From contig NC_087437.1 in assembly GCF_036321535.1 (NCBI RefSeq), positions 82,400,001 through 82,464,000 of the forward strand: a DNA stretch of 64,000 nucleotides, given 5' to 3'. Source of the stretch: Camelus dromedarius (Eukaryota). This document shows, one piece after another, positions 1 to 13,184 of this stretch (position 1 is the stretch's first letter; each line of letters starts with the position of its first letter). The notes beneath the pieces are model-generated. The model did not search any database. It saw only the letters and a list, made by a program, of their open reading frames with translations, and was not told where the DNA came from. The position numbers and the translations under genes were made by a program.

Positions 1-39
1 TTATCTTATTCTGGTGTTATTGTGGGGAAGTTTTTTGTT

Positions 40-890
40 TTAGATAAAATTTACATAATATACAATTAACCATTTTAAAGTGTGCTATTCAGTGGTAGTT
101 AGGGTACAATGCAGTAGTATTTAGTATATTCATAATGTTGAACAACTACCAGTGCTTTTTAGTTTTGAAACTTTTTTATCATCCCATAAAACACTTCAAA
201 TATCTTCAGTAATCATGCTCCATTTCTTCTGTCTATCCCCTGGTAAATTTTAATGGGCCTTATGTCTTGATAGATTAGCTTATTCTGGGTATATCATATA
301 AAAAAATCATGTAGTATGTGATTTTTGTATCTGACGTCTTTCACTGACCATAATGTTTTTGAGGTTGTCCAACTTGGTGCATGTAACAGTACTTTGTTCC
401 TTTTTGTAGCTGAATAATATTCCATTGTTTGTATATACCATAATTTGTTTATAGTTATTAGTCCATAGATGAACATTTGGGTTATTTCTATCTTTCAGCT
501 ATTATGCTCCTATGAAAATTTGTGTCCAGGTTGCTATGTGGACATATGTTTTCATTTCTCTTGAAATAAAATATATCTAGAAGTGGAAATGGGGTCATGG
601 TAGTTCTATATTTAGCTTTTGGAGGAATAGCAAAACTGTTTTCTACAGCAACTGCACCATGATACATTCCCATCAGCAATCTATGAGGAGTCCAGTTCTC
701 TACATCCTTTCCAATACTTGTTACTTTACATTTTCTTGATTGAAGTCTCCCAGTGGGCATGAAATGGTATCTCATTATGGTTTTGATTTGCATTTTGTTA
801 ATGATAGATGGTGATGAATTCCTTTTCATGAGCCAGTTGGGAACTGATAGATCTTTGGACAAATATCTATTTAAGGTCTTGCTCATTTTT
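40..890 (-). mobile_element. Old LINE-1 3' end (ORF2 C-terminus and 3' UTR)
   Basis: Minus ORFs contain degenerate ORF2 C-terminal motifs (MQIKTIMRYHF, KLWYIQTMEYYSA). Confidence 0.85.
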
Positions 891-3800
891 TCTTTTTAAC
901 AATTTATTTTTTGAATTTAGAAATATTAAAATTGAAGTATACTTGATTTATAGTATTATATTAGTTTCAGGTGTACAACATAGTCATTCAGTATTTTTAT
1001 AGATTATACCCCATTTAAAGTTATCACAAAATAATGGGTATATTTTCCTGTACTTCACAATATATCCTTGTTACTTATTAATTTTATACATAGTAATTTG
1101 TACCTCAATCCATTGCACATATCTTGCCCCTACCCACTTCACTCTCCCCACTTGTAACCATTAGTTTGTTCTATATATCTGTGAGTGTGTTTCTGTTTTG
1201 TTATATTTATTTTATTTTTTATATTCTACATATTAGTGATAACATGCAGTATTTGTCTTTCTATGTCTGACCTATTTCATTAAGCATAATACCCTCCAGG
1301 ACGATTTATGTTGTTGCAAATGGCAAAATTCAGTCTTTTATATGGCTGTGTGGTGTTCCATTGTCTCTGTGTGTGTATGTGTATCTTCTTTATCCTTTCA
1401 TCTGTTGATGGACACTTACATTAGTTCTATATCTTGACTATTGTTAAATGAAGCTGCTATAAAGATTGGGGTGCATGAATCTTTCTTTGAATTAGAATTT
1501 TTGTTTTCTTTGGATATAAACCAAGAGTATAATTGCTAGTTCATATGGTAGTTCTATTTTCGGTTTTCTGAAGAACGTCCACACTGATTTCCTTAGTGGT
1601 TACACTAATTTACATTCCCACCAACAGTGTGCAAGGGATCCCTTTTCTCCACAACCTCACCAGCATTTATTATTTCTGGTCTTTTTGATGATAGCCATTC
1701 AGAGAGGTGTGAGATGATATATCACTGTAGTTTTGATTTGCATTTCTCTGAAGATAAGTGATGTTGAGCATTTTTCAAGTGCCTGTTGTTCACGAGTATA
1801 TCTTCTTTGGAAAATATCTATTCAGGTCTTTTGCCTATTTTCAATCAGGCTTTGATATTGAGTTGTATGAGTTATTTACATACTTTGGATATTAACCACT
1901 TATCAGTTATATAATTTGCTAATACTGTCTCCCATTCAGTAAGTTGTCTTTTTATTTTGTCAATGAGTTCATTTGCTGGGTAGCTTTTAGGTTTAATTAG
2001 ATCCCATTTGTTTATTTTGCTTTTGTTTCTTTTGCCTTAGGAAGCAGATCCAAAAAATTATTGCTACAATTTATGTGGAAGAGTGTTCTGACTATATTCT
2101 CTTCTAAAAATTTTATGGTTTCCAGTCTTACATTTATATCTTTAAAATATTTTGAGTTTATTTTTGTATATGGTGAGATACTTTTCAAATTTCATTCTTT
2201 TATATGTAGCTGTCTAGTTTCCCCAGCACCACTTATTGAAGGGACTGGCTTTTCACTATTGTAAATTTTTACTTCGTTTCTCATAGATTAATTGGCCATA
2301 AGTATGTTGGCTTATTTCTGGGCTCTTTATTCTGTTCCATTGATCTGTGTGTCTGTTTTTATGCCAAAACCATGCTGTAATGATTGCTGTACCTTTGTAG
2401 TATAGTCTGAAGTCAGGAAGTATGATAACTTTTGCTTTGTTGTTCTTTCTGAAGATTCTCTTGGTATTTGAGGGTCCTTGATATTTCCAAATAAATTTTA
2501 AGATTATTTGTTCTGGTTCTGTGAAAAATGCCTTTGGTAATTTGATAGGGATCGCAATGAATCTGTAGATTGCCTTGGGTAATACGGTCATTTTAACAAC
2601 ATTGACTCTTCTAATCCAAGAACATAATGTATCTTTCCATCTCTTTTTATCATCTTTAATTGCTTTAATCAGTGTCTTAATAGTTTTCCAAGTACAGGTC
2701 TTTTATTTGCTTATATTTATTCCTAGGTATTTTTTTTGATGTGATTATAAATGAGATTGTTTCCTTAACTTCTCTTTCTGATAGTTTGTTGTTAGTGTAC
2801 AGGAGTACAACAGATTTATTTACATTAATTATTAATTTTGTATCATGCAACTTTACCAAATTCATTGATCAGCTCTAGTATTTTTTTGATGGTGTCTATA
2901 GGATTTTCTACATGTAGTATCATGTCATCTGCAAATAGTGACAGTTTTAATTCTTCCTTTGCATTTTGGATTCTTTTTATTTATCTTTTTTTTTTTTGTC
3001 TTACTGCTATAGCTAGGACTTCCAGTACTACGTTGAATAAAAGTGATGAGAATGAAGATTGTTGTCTTGTTCCTGATCTTAGAGGAAGTACTTTCAGCTT
3101 TTCACTATTGAGTATGATGTTAACTGAGGGCTTAACATATTTGGCCTGTTTTGTGATGAGGTATGTTCCTTTTATATCCACTTTGTGAAAAGTTTTTCTT
3201 TTTTTATCATAAATGGATAGTGAATTTTGTCAAAAGCTTTTTCTACATTTATTGAAACTATCCTATGATTTTTATTCTTCAGTGTGTTAATGTGGTGTAT
3301 CACATTGATTGATTTACAGATATCAAACCATCTTTGCATCCTTGGAATAAACCCTGCTTGATCATGGTGCATAATCCTTTACATATTGTTGGATTTGGTT
3401 TGCTAATATTGTGTTGAGGATTTTTGTCTCTGGTCATCAGTGATATTGGCCTGTGATTTTCTTTTTTTGTGTGATATGTCTGTCTGGTTTTAGTACCAGG
3501 GTGATTCTGGCTTCATAGAATGAACAGAATTTCTTTCTCTACAATATTATGGAAAAGTTTGAGATGGATAGGTGTTAACTCTTCTCAAAATGTTTGGTAG
3601 AATTCATCAATGTATCCATCTGGTCCTGGGCTTTTATTTGTTCAGAGTTTTTTAAACTACTAATTCCATTTCCTTACTGGTAACAAATCTGATCATATTT
3701 TCTGTTTTGGTTTTTTCCTGGTTTAGCCTGGGGAGCTTGAACATTTCTAGGATTTTGTTAATTCTTCTCAGTTGTCCATTTTATTGGCATATGATTTTTT

Positions 3801-4494
3801 GTGGTAATTTCTTATGATCCTTTGTATTTCTGTGGTGTTGGTTGTAACTTCTATTTCATTTCTGATTTTATTGCTCTATGCTCTCTCTCTTATTTTTCTT
3901 GATGACTCTTGCTTAAACATTTATGTATTTTGTTTATCTTTTCAAAAAACCAGATCTTAGTCCCATTTATCTTTTCTATTATTTATTTAGACACTATTTC
4001 ATGTATTTCTGCTCTATGATTTCTTTCCTTCTGCTAACCTTGGGTTTTGTTTGTTATTCTTTTTCTAGTTCTTTTAGGTGTAAGGTTAGGTTGTTTGAGT
4101 TTTTTTTTGTTTCCTGAGATAGGCTTGTATCGGTGTGAACTCCACTCTTTGAACTGCTTGCTGTGTCCCAAATATTTTGAATTGTGTTTTCATTTTCATT
4201 TGTCTCTGAGTATTTTTAATTTCTTTTTTGCTTTCTTCAGTGGTTCATTTTTTGTTTAGTAGTGTACTGTTTAACTTCCTTGTGTTTTTGTTTTCTTCTT
4301 CAGTTTTTTGTAGTTGATTAATTACTAGTCTCATAGATTTATGGTCAGAAAGGATGCTCAATATGGTTTCAGCTTTGTTTAATTTACGGAGACTTGTTTT
4401 GTGGCCAAGCATGTGATCTATCCTGAAAAATATTCCATGTGAACTTGAAAAGAATATGTATTCTGCTGCTTTGGGATGAAATCTTCTTTATCTT

Positions 4495-4540
4495 TGTCTG
4501 TCTGTCTGTCTCTCTCTCTGTGTCTGTCTCTGTCTGTCTG
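4495..4540. repeat. (TCTG/TC)n microsatellite inside L1
   Basis: tgtctgtctgtctgtctctctctctgtgtctgtctctgtctgtctg. Confidence 0.85.
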
Positions 4541-5458
4541 TTAGTTCCACTGGTCTCATTTGTTAGTTAAGGCCAGTGTTTCCTTACTGATACTCTGTCT
4601 GGATGCTCTGTTCATTGATGTAAGTGGAGTGTTAAATTCCCTTACTGTCATTGCATTACTCTCAATTTCTCCCTTTATGTCTGTTAATATTTGCTCTATG
4701 TACTTAGGTGCTCCTATATTAGATATATTTATAATTGTTTTCTTGAATTTATTCCTGGATCACTATATAACCTTGTCTCTTGTTACATCTTTATTTTAAA
4801 GTCTATCTTTTTGATATAAGTATTGCTACCCAGCTTTATTTTGATTTCTATTTGCATGAAATAACTTCTTCTACCCCTTCACTTTTAGTCTGTATATCTT
4901 TTTAGGTCTGAAGTGAGTCTCTTGTAGGCAATATATATATGCTTTTTTATTTTGTACCTGTTTATCTGCTGTCTGTTTTTTGACTGGAGCACTTAGTTTA
5001 TTTACATTTAAAGTAATTATTAATAGGCATGTACTTACTGCCATTTTGTTCATTATTCTGGGATTATGTTGTAGTTCTTTTGTTTGTTTGTTTCTTTTTG
5101 TTCCTTTCCTCTTCTGTTCTTTCCCTTGCAATTTGAAAAGTAGCCTTAAGGGAACTTCCTTATATGGAACTTGTTGCTTTTCCTGTGCTGCTTTCTATAT
5201 TCTCTTTATCTTTAATTTTTGCCATTTTAATTACAATGTGTCTTTTCTGTCATCCTTTTTGTGTTGATCCTGATTGAGACTCTCTGTGCTTCCCAGACTT
5301 GGGTGTTTGTTTGCTTTCCCAGGTTAGGAAAGATGTCAGCTAATATTTCTTCACATATATTCTCTGCTACTTTCTATCTCTGTTAACCGTCTAGGACCTC
5401 CGTAATAAGACTGTTACTATGTCTGTTATTATCCTAGAAGTTTCTTAAACTGTCCTGA

Positions 5459-5566
5459 TTTTCCTTCCTTCCTTCTTTCTTTCTTTCTTTCCTTTTTTTT
5501 TTCTTTTCTTTTTTCTTCTTTCTTTTCTTTTCCTTTCCTTTCCTTTCTTTTCTTTCTTTCTTTTTC
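5459..5566. repeat. Polypyrimidine (CCTT/CTTT/CTTTT)n tract inside L1 ORF1
   Basis: About 100 nt of only C and T. Confidence 0.9.
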
Positions 5567-7699
5567 TATTATTCAGGTTCAGTGATTTTCAGCTCACTAT
5601 GTTCTTCTGTATCAACTAATCTACTGTTGATTTCTTCCTGTGTATTTTTTAGTTTACTCATTTTATTGCTTGATTCTTCTTTATATTTTATAACTACTTG
5701 TTAAAAAGTCTAACTTCTTACTCTATTCATCCATTCTTCTCCTAGTTCTTTGATCATCTTTGCAACTGTTTCTTTGAACTTTTTGTTGGATAGATTGTCT
5801 ATCTCCACTTCATTTAGTTCTTTGGGATTTTTAATCTTGTTCCTTCATTTGGAAAATGTTCTTCTGTCATCTCATTTTGCCTAATATGCTGTTTTTGTTC
5901 TTTGTTGGTAGGTTGGTTATGCTACCTGATCTTGATCTTGCAGAAGTGACTTTTTGTAGGAGTATCCTCTGCATCCTAGAACTCCCCTCTGGTCACCAGA
6001 GATATATTCTCTAGGGACATCCCTTATGTAAGCTGCATGAGTTTTTCTGTTTTGGTGGGCTGATTGCTATGGGTGGTCTCTAGGCATGGCTGGGCACTGG
6101 CTGGGTTGGTTGCTATGCCCTGCCTTGAGCAGATTCTGTCTACCACTGGTTGGTAGGGCTGTGTCTTGATATAGCTGGCTGTGGAGGGGGCCTTGGGTAG
6201 TTTTGGCTCATTGGTGAGCAGAGCCAGGTTCTGGAGTGGGTAGTTGAGGGACCAGAGTTCCTGGATCTAGCTTCAGCCTGCTGGTGGGTGGGAGTGTTCT
6301 TGATATGGCCGGCTGCAGGTCTCAGATATCTGAAAGGTCGTGTGGGCCTAGTGAGGCAGCTGGCTGAGGAGTCCAATGTCTCTTAGAGCTGGTGTTGGTG
6401 GGTTGGTGCCAGGGCTGGAGACCAAGTGATCCAAGGGCTACTGATGGCTCACTGGTGGGTGGAGATGTATCCCAGGGTCTCTAGTGGCAAGGCCCAGGGG
6501 TTCCTGAAGCTGTTGTCAGCCAGCTGATAAGTAGAGCTAGATCCTGGGGCTACTGGATGTTGGGTTCAAGGTGTCCCAGAGCTGGATTTGATCTGCTGGT
6601 GATTGGGGTGGGGGCCAGTGGGATCCTGGGGCTGGTGCCAGCCTGCTGGTGGGTGGGCTGGGTCTATTGGTAATGTACTTCAGGAAAGCAGAGATCTTGG
6701 GGCTGGTGTCAGTCCCCAGGTAGGCACAGCTGGTGCCCATTGTGTCCTTGGGCTGCTATCTACCCAGTGGTGAATGGAGCTGGGTCATGGGGTTTCTGGC
6801 TTCAGGGCCCTGACACTTTGGGCTCCTCATTCAGCTGAGTCTAGTGCCTTCACTCTGGTATGTGAAGCTGAGTTCTGGGCCCTGTGATGGACAGGGCAGT
6901 GTCCAGAGGTGGTTGTGGTCTCAAAGAGTCATTTGGGAGCCTGCCTGTTGGTAGGTGGGGCTATGTCCCCACCTTGTTTGTTGCTTGGCCTGAGGTGTCC
7001 CACTCTGTTGGGGTCAGTGTGTGGTAGGGCTTGGACCTAAGTTGAATAAGCTAGAGGGAAGATTCCAAACTAGTGCTGGTGAGCACCAGTGTCTACATGG
7101 TAGAATAAGCTCCCCAAAATGGCTACCACCAGTGTCTGTGTTCTCAGTGTTACCTCCAGTTTCCTCCTGCCTCTCTCAAAGCCTCTCCAAGATCAGCAGG
7201 TGGGTATGACTCAGGCTTCTTTCAAATTACTTCTTCTGATCTGGGCCCCAGAGCATGTGAGATTTTGTGTGTATCCTTTAAGAGTGGAGTGTCTATTTCC
7301 CACAGCCCTCTGGGTCTTCTGAAAGTAAGCCCCACCAGCCTTCAAAGCCAGATGTTCTCAGGGCTTGTTTTCCTGGTGCAGGACTGCCAGTTTGGAGAGC
7401 CTGATGTGTGGCTCAGACCCCTTGCTCCTTGAGAAGAATCTCTGCAATTGTAATTATTCTCCTGTTTGTGGATCACCACTCAAAGTTATGGGTCTTAACC
7501 AAACTGTGACTCCACTCCTCCATTCCATCTCATTGTTGTTCCTTCCTTGTACTTAATTGTAGAAGATCTTTTCTGGAGATTCCAGTCTTACTTATCAATA
7601 ATTGCTCTGTAATTTTTGTTGTGTAATTAGTTGTAATTTTGATGTGTTTGTAAGAAGAGATGAGGTCAGGATCTTCCTATGTGGCCACTTGTGAATTAT

Positions 7700-10190
7700 C
7701 TCAAGATTTGTTCTTTTTACCCAAGATTACTTTGTCAATTCTGGATCTTTTGTGATTTCATATAAATTTTACAATTATTTTTTCTAGTTTTGTGAAAAAT
7801 GTCATAGGTATTTTGACAGAGATTTTATTAAATCTGTAAATTGCTATGGGTAGTATGACCATTTTATCAGTATTAATTCTTCCAACCCATGGAAGGAACA
7901 CAGATATCTTTCCATTTCTTCACAACATCATCAGTTTCCTTCATCAGTGTTTTATAGTTTTTACAGTATTGGTCTTTTACCCTGTGCTTAAGTTTACTCC
8001 TAAGTATTTTATTGTTTTTGATGCAATTTTAAATGGTCTTTTTTTCTGCTTTCTCTTTCTGATAATTCATTATTAGTGTATAGAAAAGCAACACATTTCT
8101 GGATATTAATCTTGTATTCTACAACTTTACTGAATTCATTTATTCTAAAAGGGTTTTTTTTTGGTGGAGACTTTATGGGTTTTCTGTATATAGTATCATG
8201 CTATCTGCAAATAGTGACAAATTTATTTCTGTCTTTCCAGTTTGAATACCTCTTATTTCTTTTACTTGTCTGATTGCTATAGTTAAGACTTTTAATACTA
8301 TGTTGAATAGAAATGATGAGAATGGGCATCCTTGTCTTGTTTCTTATTTAAAAGGAAAGCTTTAAGCTTTTCACTGTTGAGTATGATGTTCGCTATGCAT
8401 TTGTCAGAAATGATCTTTCCTATATTGAGATATGTTTTCTCTATACCAGCTTAATGGGAATTTGTATCATGAATGGGTGTTAAATTTTGTCAAATGCTTT
8501 TTTCTCTGTCTATTGAAATGATTATGTAATTTTTATCCTTTTTGTAATGTGGTATATCACATGGATTAATTTGTGGATATTGAACCATTCTTGCATCCCT
8601 GGAATAAATCACACTTGATCATGATGTATGATCCTTTTTACATATTGGTGAATTCAGTTTGCTAGTATTTTATTGATAATTTTTATATCTATGTTCATCA
8701 GAGATACAATCCCGTAATTTCCTTTTTTTTTTTTTTTTTTTTTTGTAGTGTCTTTGTCTGGTTTTGGTATCAGAGTAATGGTGAGTTGTAGAATGAATTT
8801 GAGAATGTTCCATGCTCTTCAATTTTTTGGAATAGCTTGGGAAAGATGGATATTAGCTCTTCTTTATATGTCTGGTATAATTCTCCTGTGAAGCCATCCT
8901 GTTCAGGATTTCAGTTTCCTGAGAGGTTTTTATTACAAATCAGTTTCAATACTAGTAATTGGCCTGTTGAGAATGTCTGTTTATTTCTGATTTAGTCTTG
9001 AAATTCTAGAAATTAAAATTGTAGAAATCTAAAATTTCTGGAAGTCCAATCTGTAGAAGGCCAAATTCCTAGAAATGTGTCCATTTCTTCTAGGTTGTCC
9101 AATTTGTTGGATATAATTTTTCATAGTATTTGGTTATATATATATTTGTATCTCTGTGATATTGGTTGTTTTTTGTCCTCTTTCATTTCTTATTTTATAT
9201 GACTTCTCTCTCTTTTTTTTTCTGGATGACCTTGGCAAAGGTTTATCAATTTTGTTTATTTTTTCAAAAAGAAAAAAAAAGCAAATCAGTTTCATTGATC
9301 TTTATTATTTTTTTCTTTCTGCTGACTTTGGGCCTTGTTCATTGTTCCTTTTTCTAATTCCTTTAGATAGCAGGTTAGGTTGTTTATTTGAGATTTTTCT
9401 TGTGTCTTAAGGCAGGCCTGTATTGCTGCAAACTTCTCTCTTAGAACATTTGCTGCCTTCCATAGATTTTGGAAAGTATGTTTCCATTTTTATTTGTCTT
9501 GAGGTATTTTCTGACTTCCTCTTGGAATTCTTCAATGACTGTTTTTTTTTTTTTTCCACTAGCATGGTGTTTAGTCTCCAAATGTGAGTTTTTCCAATTT
9601 TTCTTCTTGTGACTGATTTCTAGTTTCCTACCATTGTGATTGGAAACAATGCTTGATACTGTTTTTCTCTTAAATTTGTTGAGACTTTAGTGTCCTAGCA
9701 TAGGATCTATCCTAGAACGTTCTATATGCACTTGCAAAAACTGTATTCTGCTGTTGTTGGATATAATGTCCTATAGACATTTATTAATTCCAACTGGTCT
9801 GCTTAAGACCACTGTTTTCTTACTGATTTTCTGTCTGGATAGTCATTCTATTGATGTATATGGGATGTTAAACTCCCCTACTATTATTGTATTATTGTAT
9901 TATTGTCAGTTTCTCCTTTTATGTGTGTTAATATTTGTTTTATGCATTTAGTTGCTCCTGTATTAAAAGCAGTCATATTAAAAAGTGTAATATCTTTTTC
10001 TTGTATTGATCCATTTGTCTTTATAATGCCCTTCTGTCTTTTTTATAATGCCCTTCTGTCTTTCTTTTCAAATATACTTTATCTGATTTGAATGTTGCTA
10101 CCTCCACTTTCTTGTCATTTACATTTGCAAGAAATTATTTTTCCCCCCTCACTTTCAGTCTATTTGTGTCTTTAGCTCTGAAGACAGTTT
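7700..10190 (-). mobile_element. Internal LINE-1 ORF2 fragment lacking both ends
   Basis: Colinear with ORF2 of the neighbouring L1 (for example 8280-8400 parallels 3010-3130); ends in the endonuclease region at about 10190. Confidence 0.85.
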
Positions 10191-10453
10191 AACTGCACAT
10201 ATATATTATATTGCATGTAAATACATATATACAGTATACTGCACATATTTTAGTTTACATAAATGTACTGATCATTGTTTCTAGGAACAGATGAGAGCTT
10301 TAGCTTTTTAAACTTACATAGTTATCAAAGGAATAAAGCCAACTACAAAATAAGAATCAACAGAATGGGTTAATCCAATCATAAAGGACAGTCAAATATG
10401 CTTATACATATTCAAGAAATCAGTCAACTAAGTTATAAATAGTAAGTATTTCA

Positions 10454-10930
10454 TTTGTGTCTTTTTTTTTAGATTCCTCATGTAAGTGATGTCATATGGC
10501 GTTTAAAAATGTTTGTTTATTTTTTATTGAAGTATAGTTGATTTACAGTGTTGTGTTAGTTTCAGGTGTACAGCAGAGTGATTCAGTTACAAATATATAT
10601 ATTTTTTCTTTTTCAGATTCTTTATCATTATAGGTTATTATAAGATATTGAATATTGTTACCCATGCCATGTAGTAGATCCTTGTTGTTTCTCTGTTTTA
10701 TGTAGTAGTATGCATCTGTTAATCCCAAACTCCTAGTTTATCCCCATCCCCTTTCCCCTTTGGTAACCATGAGTTTGTTTTTGATGTCTGTGAATTTGTT
10801 TTTTAAATAAGTTCATTTGTATCATTTTTTAAGATTCCACATATAAGTGATATCATCTGATATTTGTCTTTGACTTACTTCATTTAGTGTGATAATCTCT
10901 AGGTCCATCCATGCTGCTACAAATGACATT
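10454..10930 (-). mobile_element. LINE-1 3' UTR pieces (short fragment 10454-10500 plus 3' end 10505-10930)
   Basis: ttttttattgaagtatagttgatttaca... start and ...ggtccatccatgctgctacaaatg end parallel the other L1 3' ends in the window. Confidence 0.85.
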
Positions 10931-13180
10931 ATTATCAACTACTTGGAGAAGTTGTTTGTAACAATCAATGCAGTAGCTATTTTAAGTGAGCCAGAAGTAC
11001 AGCATCCTGCTGCAAAAATGATCATAATAGCTTCTCACACACAAGAGCAAGAGGTTGGAGATGGCACAAATTTTGTTCTGGTTTTTGCTGGAGCTCTTTT
11101 GGAATTAGCTGAAGAGCTTCTGAGAGTTGGCCTATGAGTTTCAGAGGTCATAGAAAGTTTTAAAATAGCCTGCAGAAAAGCCTATGAGATTCTTCCTGAC
11201 TTGGTATGTTGTTCTGCAAAAAACCTTCAGGATGTTGATGAAGTGTCATCTCTCCTCCATAGTTCCATAATGAGTAAAGAGTATGGTAAATAAAGTGTTT
11301 CCAGCCACACTTATTGCTCAGGCATATGTATCTATTTTTCCTGATTCCTGCCATTTCAGTGTTGATGACATCAGAGTTTGTAAAATTCTCAATTCTGGTA
11401 TCTATTCCTTTTCGGTATTGCATGGCATGGTTTTTAAGAAGGAAACCAAAGGTAATGTAACAGCTGTCAAAGATGGAAAAATATCAGTGTACTTTTGTCC
11501 TTTTGATGGCAGAACAGACACTAAGGGAACGGTACTGATAAAGACTGCTGAAGGATTGATGAATTTTAGTAAATGAAGAATCATGTCTGACACTTTGCCA
11601 CCTGTTATTATATTTGCACCAGTATCAGCTGTGGTTTTGATTTGCTCTTGTGTGTGAGAAGCTATTATGATCATTTTTGCAGCAGGATGCTGTACTTCTG
11701 GCTCACTTAAAATAGCTACTGCATTGATTGTTACAAACAACTTCTCCAAGTAGTTGATAATAATGTCATTTGTAGCAGCATGGATGGACCTAGAGATTAT
11801 CACACTAAATGAAGTAAGTCAAAGACAAATATCAGATGATATCACTTATATGTGGAATCTTAAAAAATGATACAAATGAACTTATTTAAAAAACAAATTC
11901 ACAGACATCAAAAACAAACTCATGGTTACCAAAGGGGAAAGGGGATGGGGATAAACTAGGAGTTTGGGATTAACAGATGCATACTACTACATAAAACAGA
12001 GAAACAACAAGGATCTACTACATGGCATGGGTAACAATATTCAATATCTTGTAATAACCTATAATGAAAAAGAATCTGAAAAAGAAAAAAATATATATAT
12101 ATAACTGAATCACTCTGCTGTACACCTGAAACTAACACAACACTGTAAATCAACTATACTTCAATAAAAAATAAACAAAAATTTTTTAAATGCCATATGA
12201 CATCACTTATATGAGGAATCTGAAAAAAAGACACAAATGAAATACTTACTATTTATAACTTAGTTGACTGATTTCTTGAATATATAGTAGCACCAACTGT
12301 TTTACATGTCAGACATGACTCTTCATTTTGCAAACAAATACAGTATCATGTTGGTGAGGCAGAACTCAAAATTGGGTATCAGTAGACTATGTAAAACAGT
12401 TGGTGCTATTACTCTTCCTAGGTTGACTCCTCTTGTCCTTGAAGAAATATGACATTCTGGCAATGTTGACCTATCAGAGTTGGAGATATGCGGGTGGTTG
12501 TTTTTAAGCACAAAAAGGAAGATGGTGCCATTTTTATCATAGTGGTTCGAGGCTCTACAGACAATCTGATGGATAATATAGAAAAAGCAGTAGATGATGG
12601 TATTAATACTTTCAAAGTTCTCACAAGAGATAAACATCTTGTACCTGGAGGTGGAGCAACAGAAGTTGAGTTAGTCAAACAGATCACATCATATGGAGAC
12701 TTGAATAGTATGCCATTAAAAAGTTTGCTGAGACATTCAAAGCTATTTCCTGGGTACTGGCAGAAAACTGGAGTTTAGGCCAATGAAATAATCTCTAAAC
12801 TTTATGCAGTACATCAAGAAGGAAGTAAAAATGTTGGATTAGATATTGAGGCTGAAGTTCCTGCTGTAAAGGACATGTTGAAAGCTGGCGTTAAAGATAC
12901 TTACCTGAGAAAATACTGGGCTATCAAACTGGCTACTAATGCTGCAGTCACTATACTTAGAGTGAATCAGATTATCATGGCAAAGTCAGCTGGTGAGCCC
13001 AAGCCTCCAAGTGGGAAGAAAGACTGGGATGATGACCAAAATGTTTGAATGGCTTAATTTTTACTATAGGTAAAGGCTATATTTATAGTAGTACTCTAGG
13101 TATTGCCTGATGTTTTCATATTCTCCTTAAATTTTGAAATGTTTTATGTTTGTACCCTTGGCTGGATGGTACAATAAATG
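10931..13180 (+). pseudogene. CCT8: Processed pseudogene of CCT8 (TCP-1 theta chaperonin), 5'-truncated and internally rearranged
   Basis: Intronless translation IINYLEKLFVT..EVQHPAAKMI..QEQEVGDGTNFVLVFAGALLELAEELLR, VLHGMVFKKET, RGSTDNLMDNIEKAVDDG, LVPGGGATEVEL, KPPSGKKDWDDDQN; stop at 13046-13048; AATAAA at 13173-13178; premature stop at 11135-11137 and frameshifts. Confidence 0.96.
11642..12286 (-). repeat. Inverted duplicate of 10405-11050 (~645 bp)
   Basis: Reverse complement matches with only scattered differences; ORFs 10889(+) and 11803(-) share an identical N-terminus through ASHTQEQ. Confidence 0.95.
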
Positions 13181-13184
13181 TGTT

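Larger units (their letters stand above)
905..7690 (-). mobile_element. Near full-length degenerate LINE-1 with 5' UTR; internal deletion near 5130
   Basis: ORF2 RT/EN fragments ([45 protein letters not shown]), ORF1 remnants about 5140-5900, GC-richer 5' UTR about 5950-7690 resembling those at 14700-15745 and 56000-57370. Confidence 0.9.

Noticed and set aside
11402..11803. 133-aa minus ORF as a second CCT8 gene
   Set aside because: It is a by-product of the inverted duplication: L1, rearranged CCT8 pieces and antisense CCT8.
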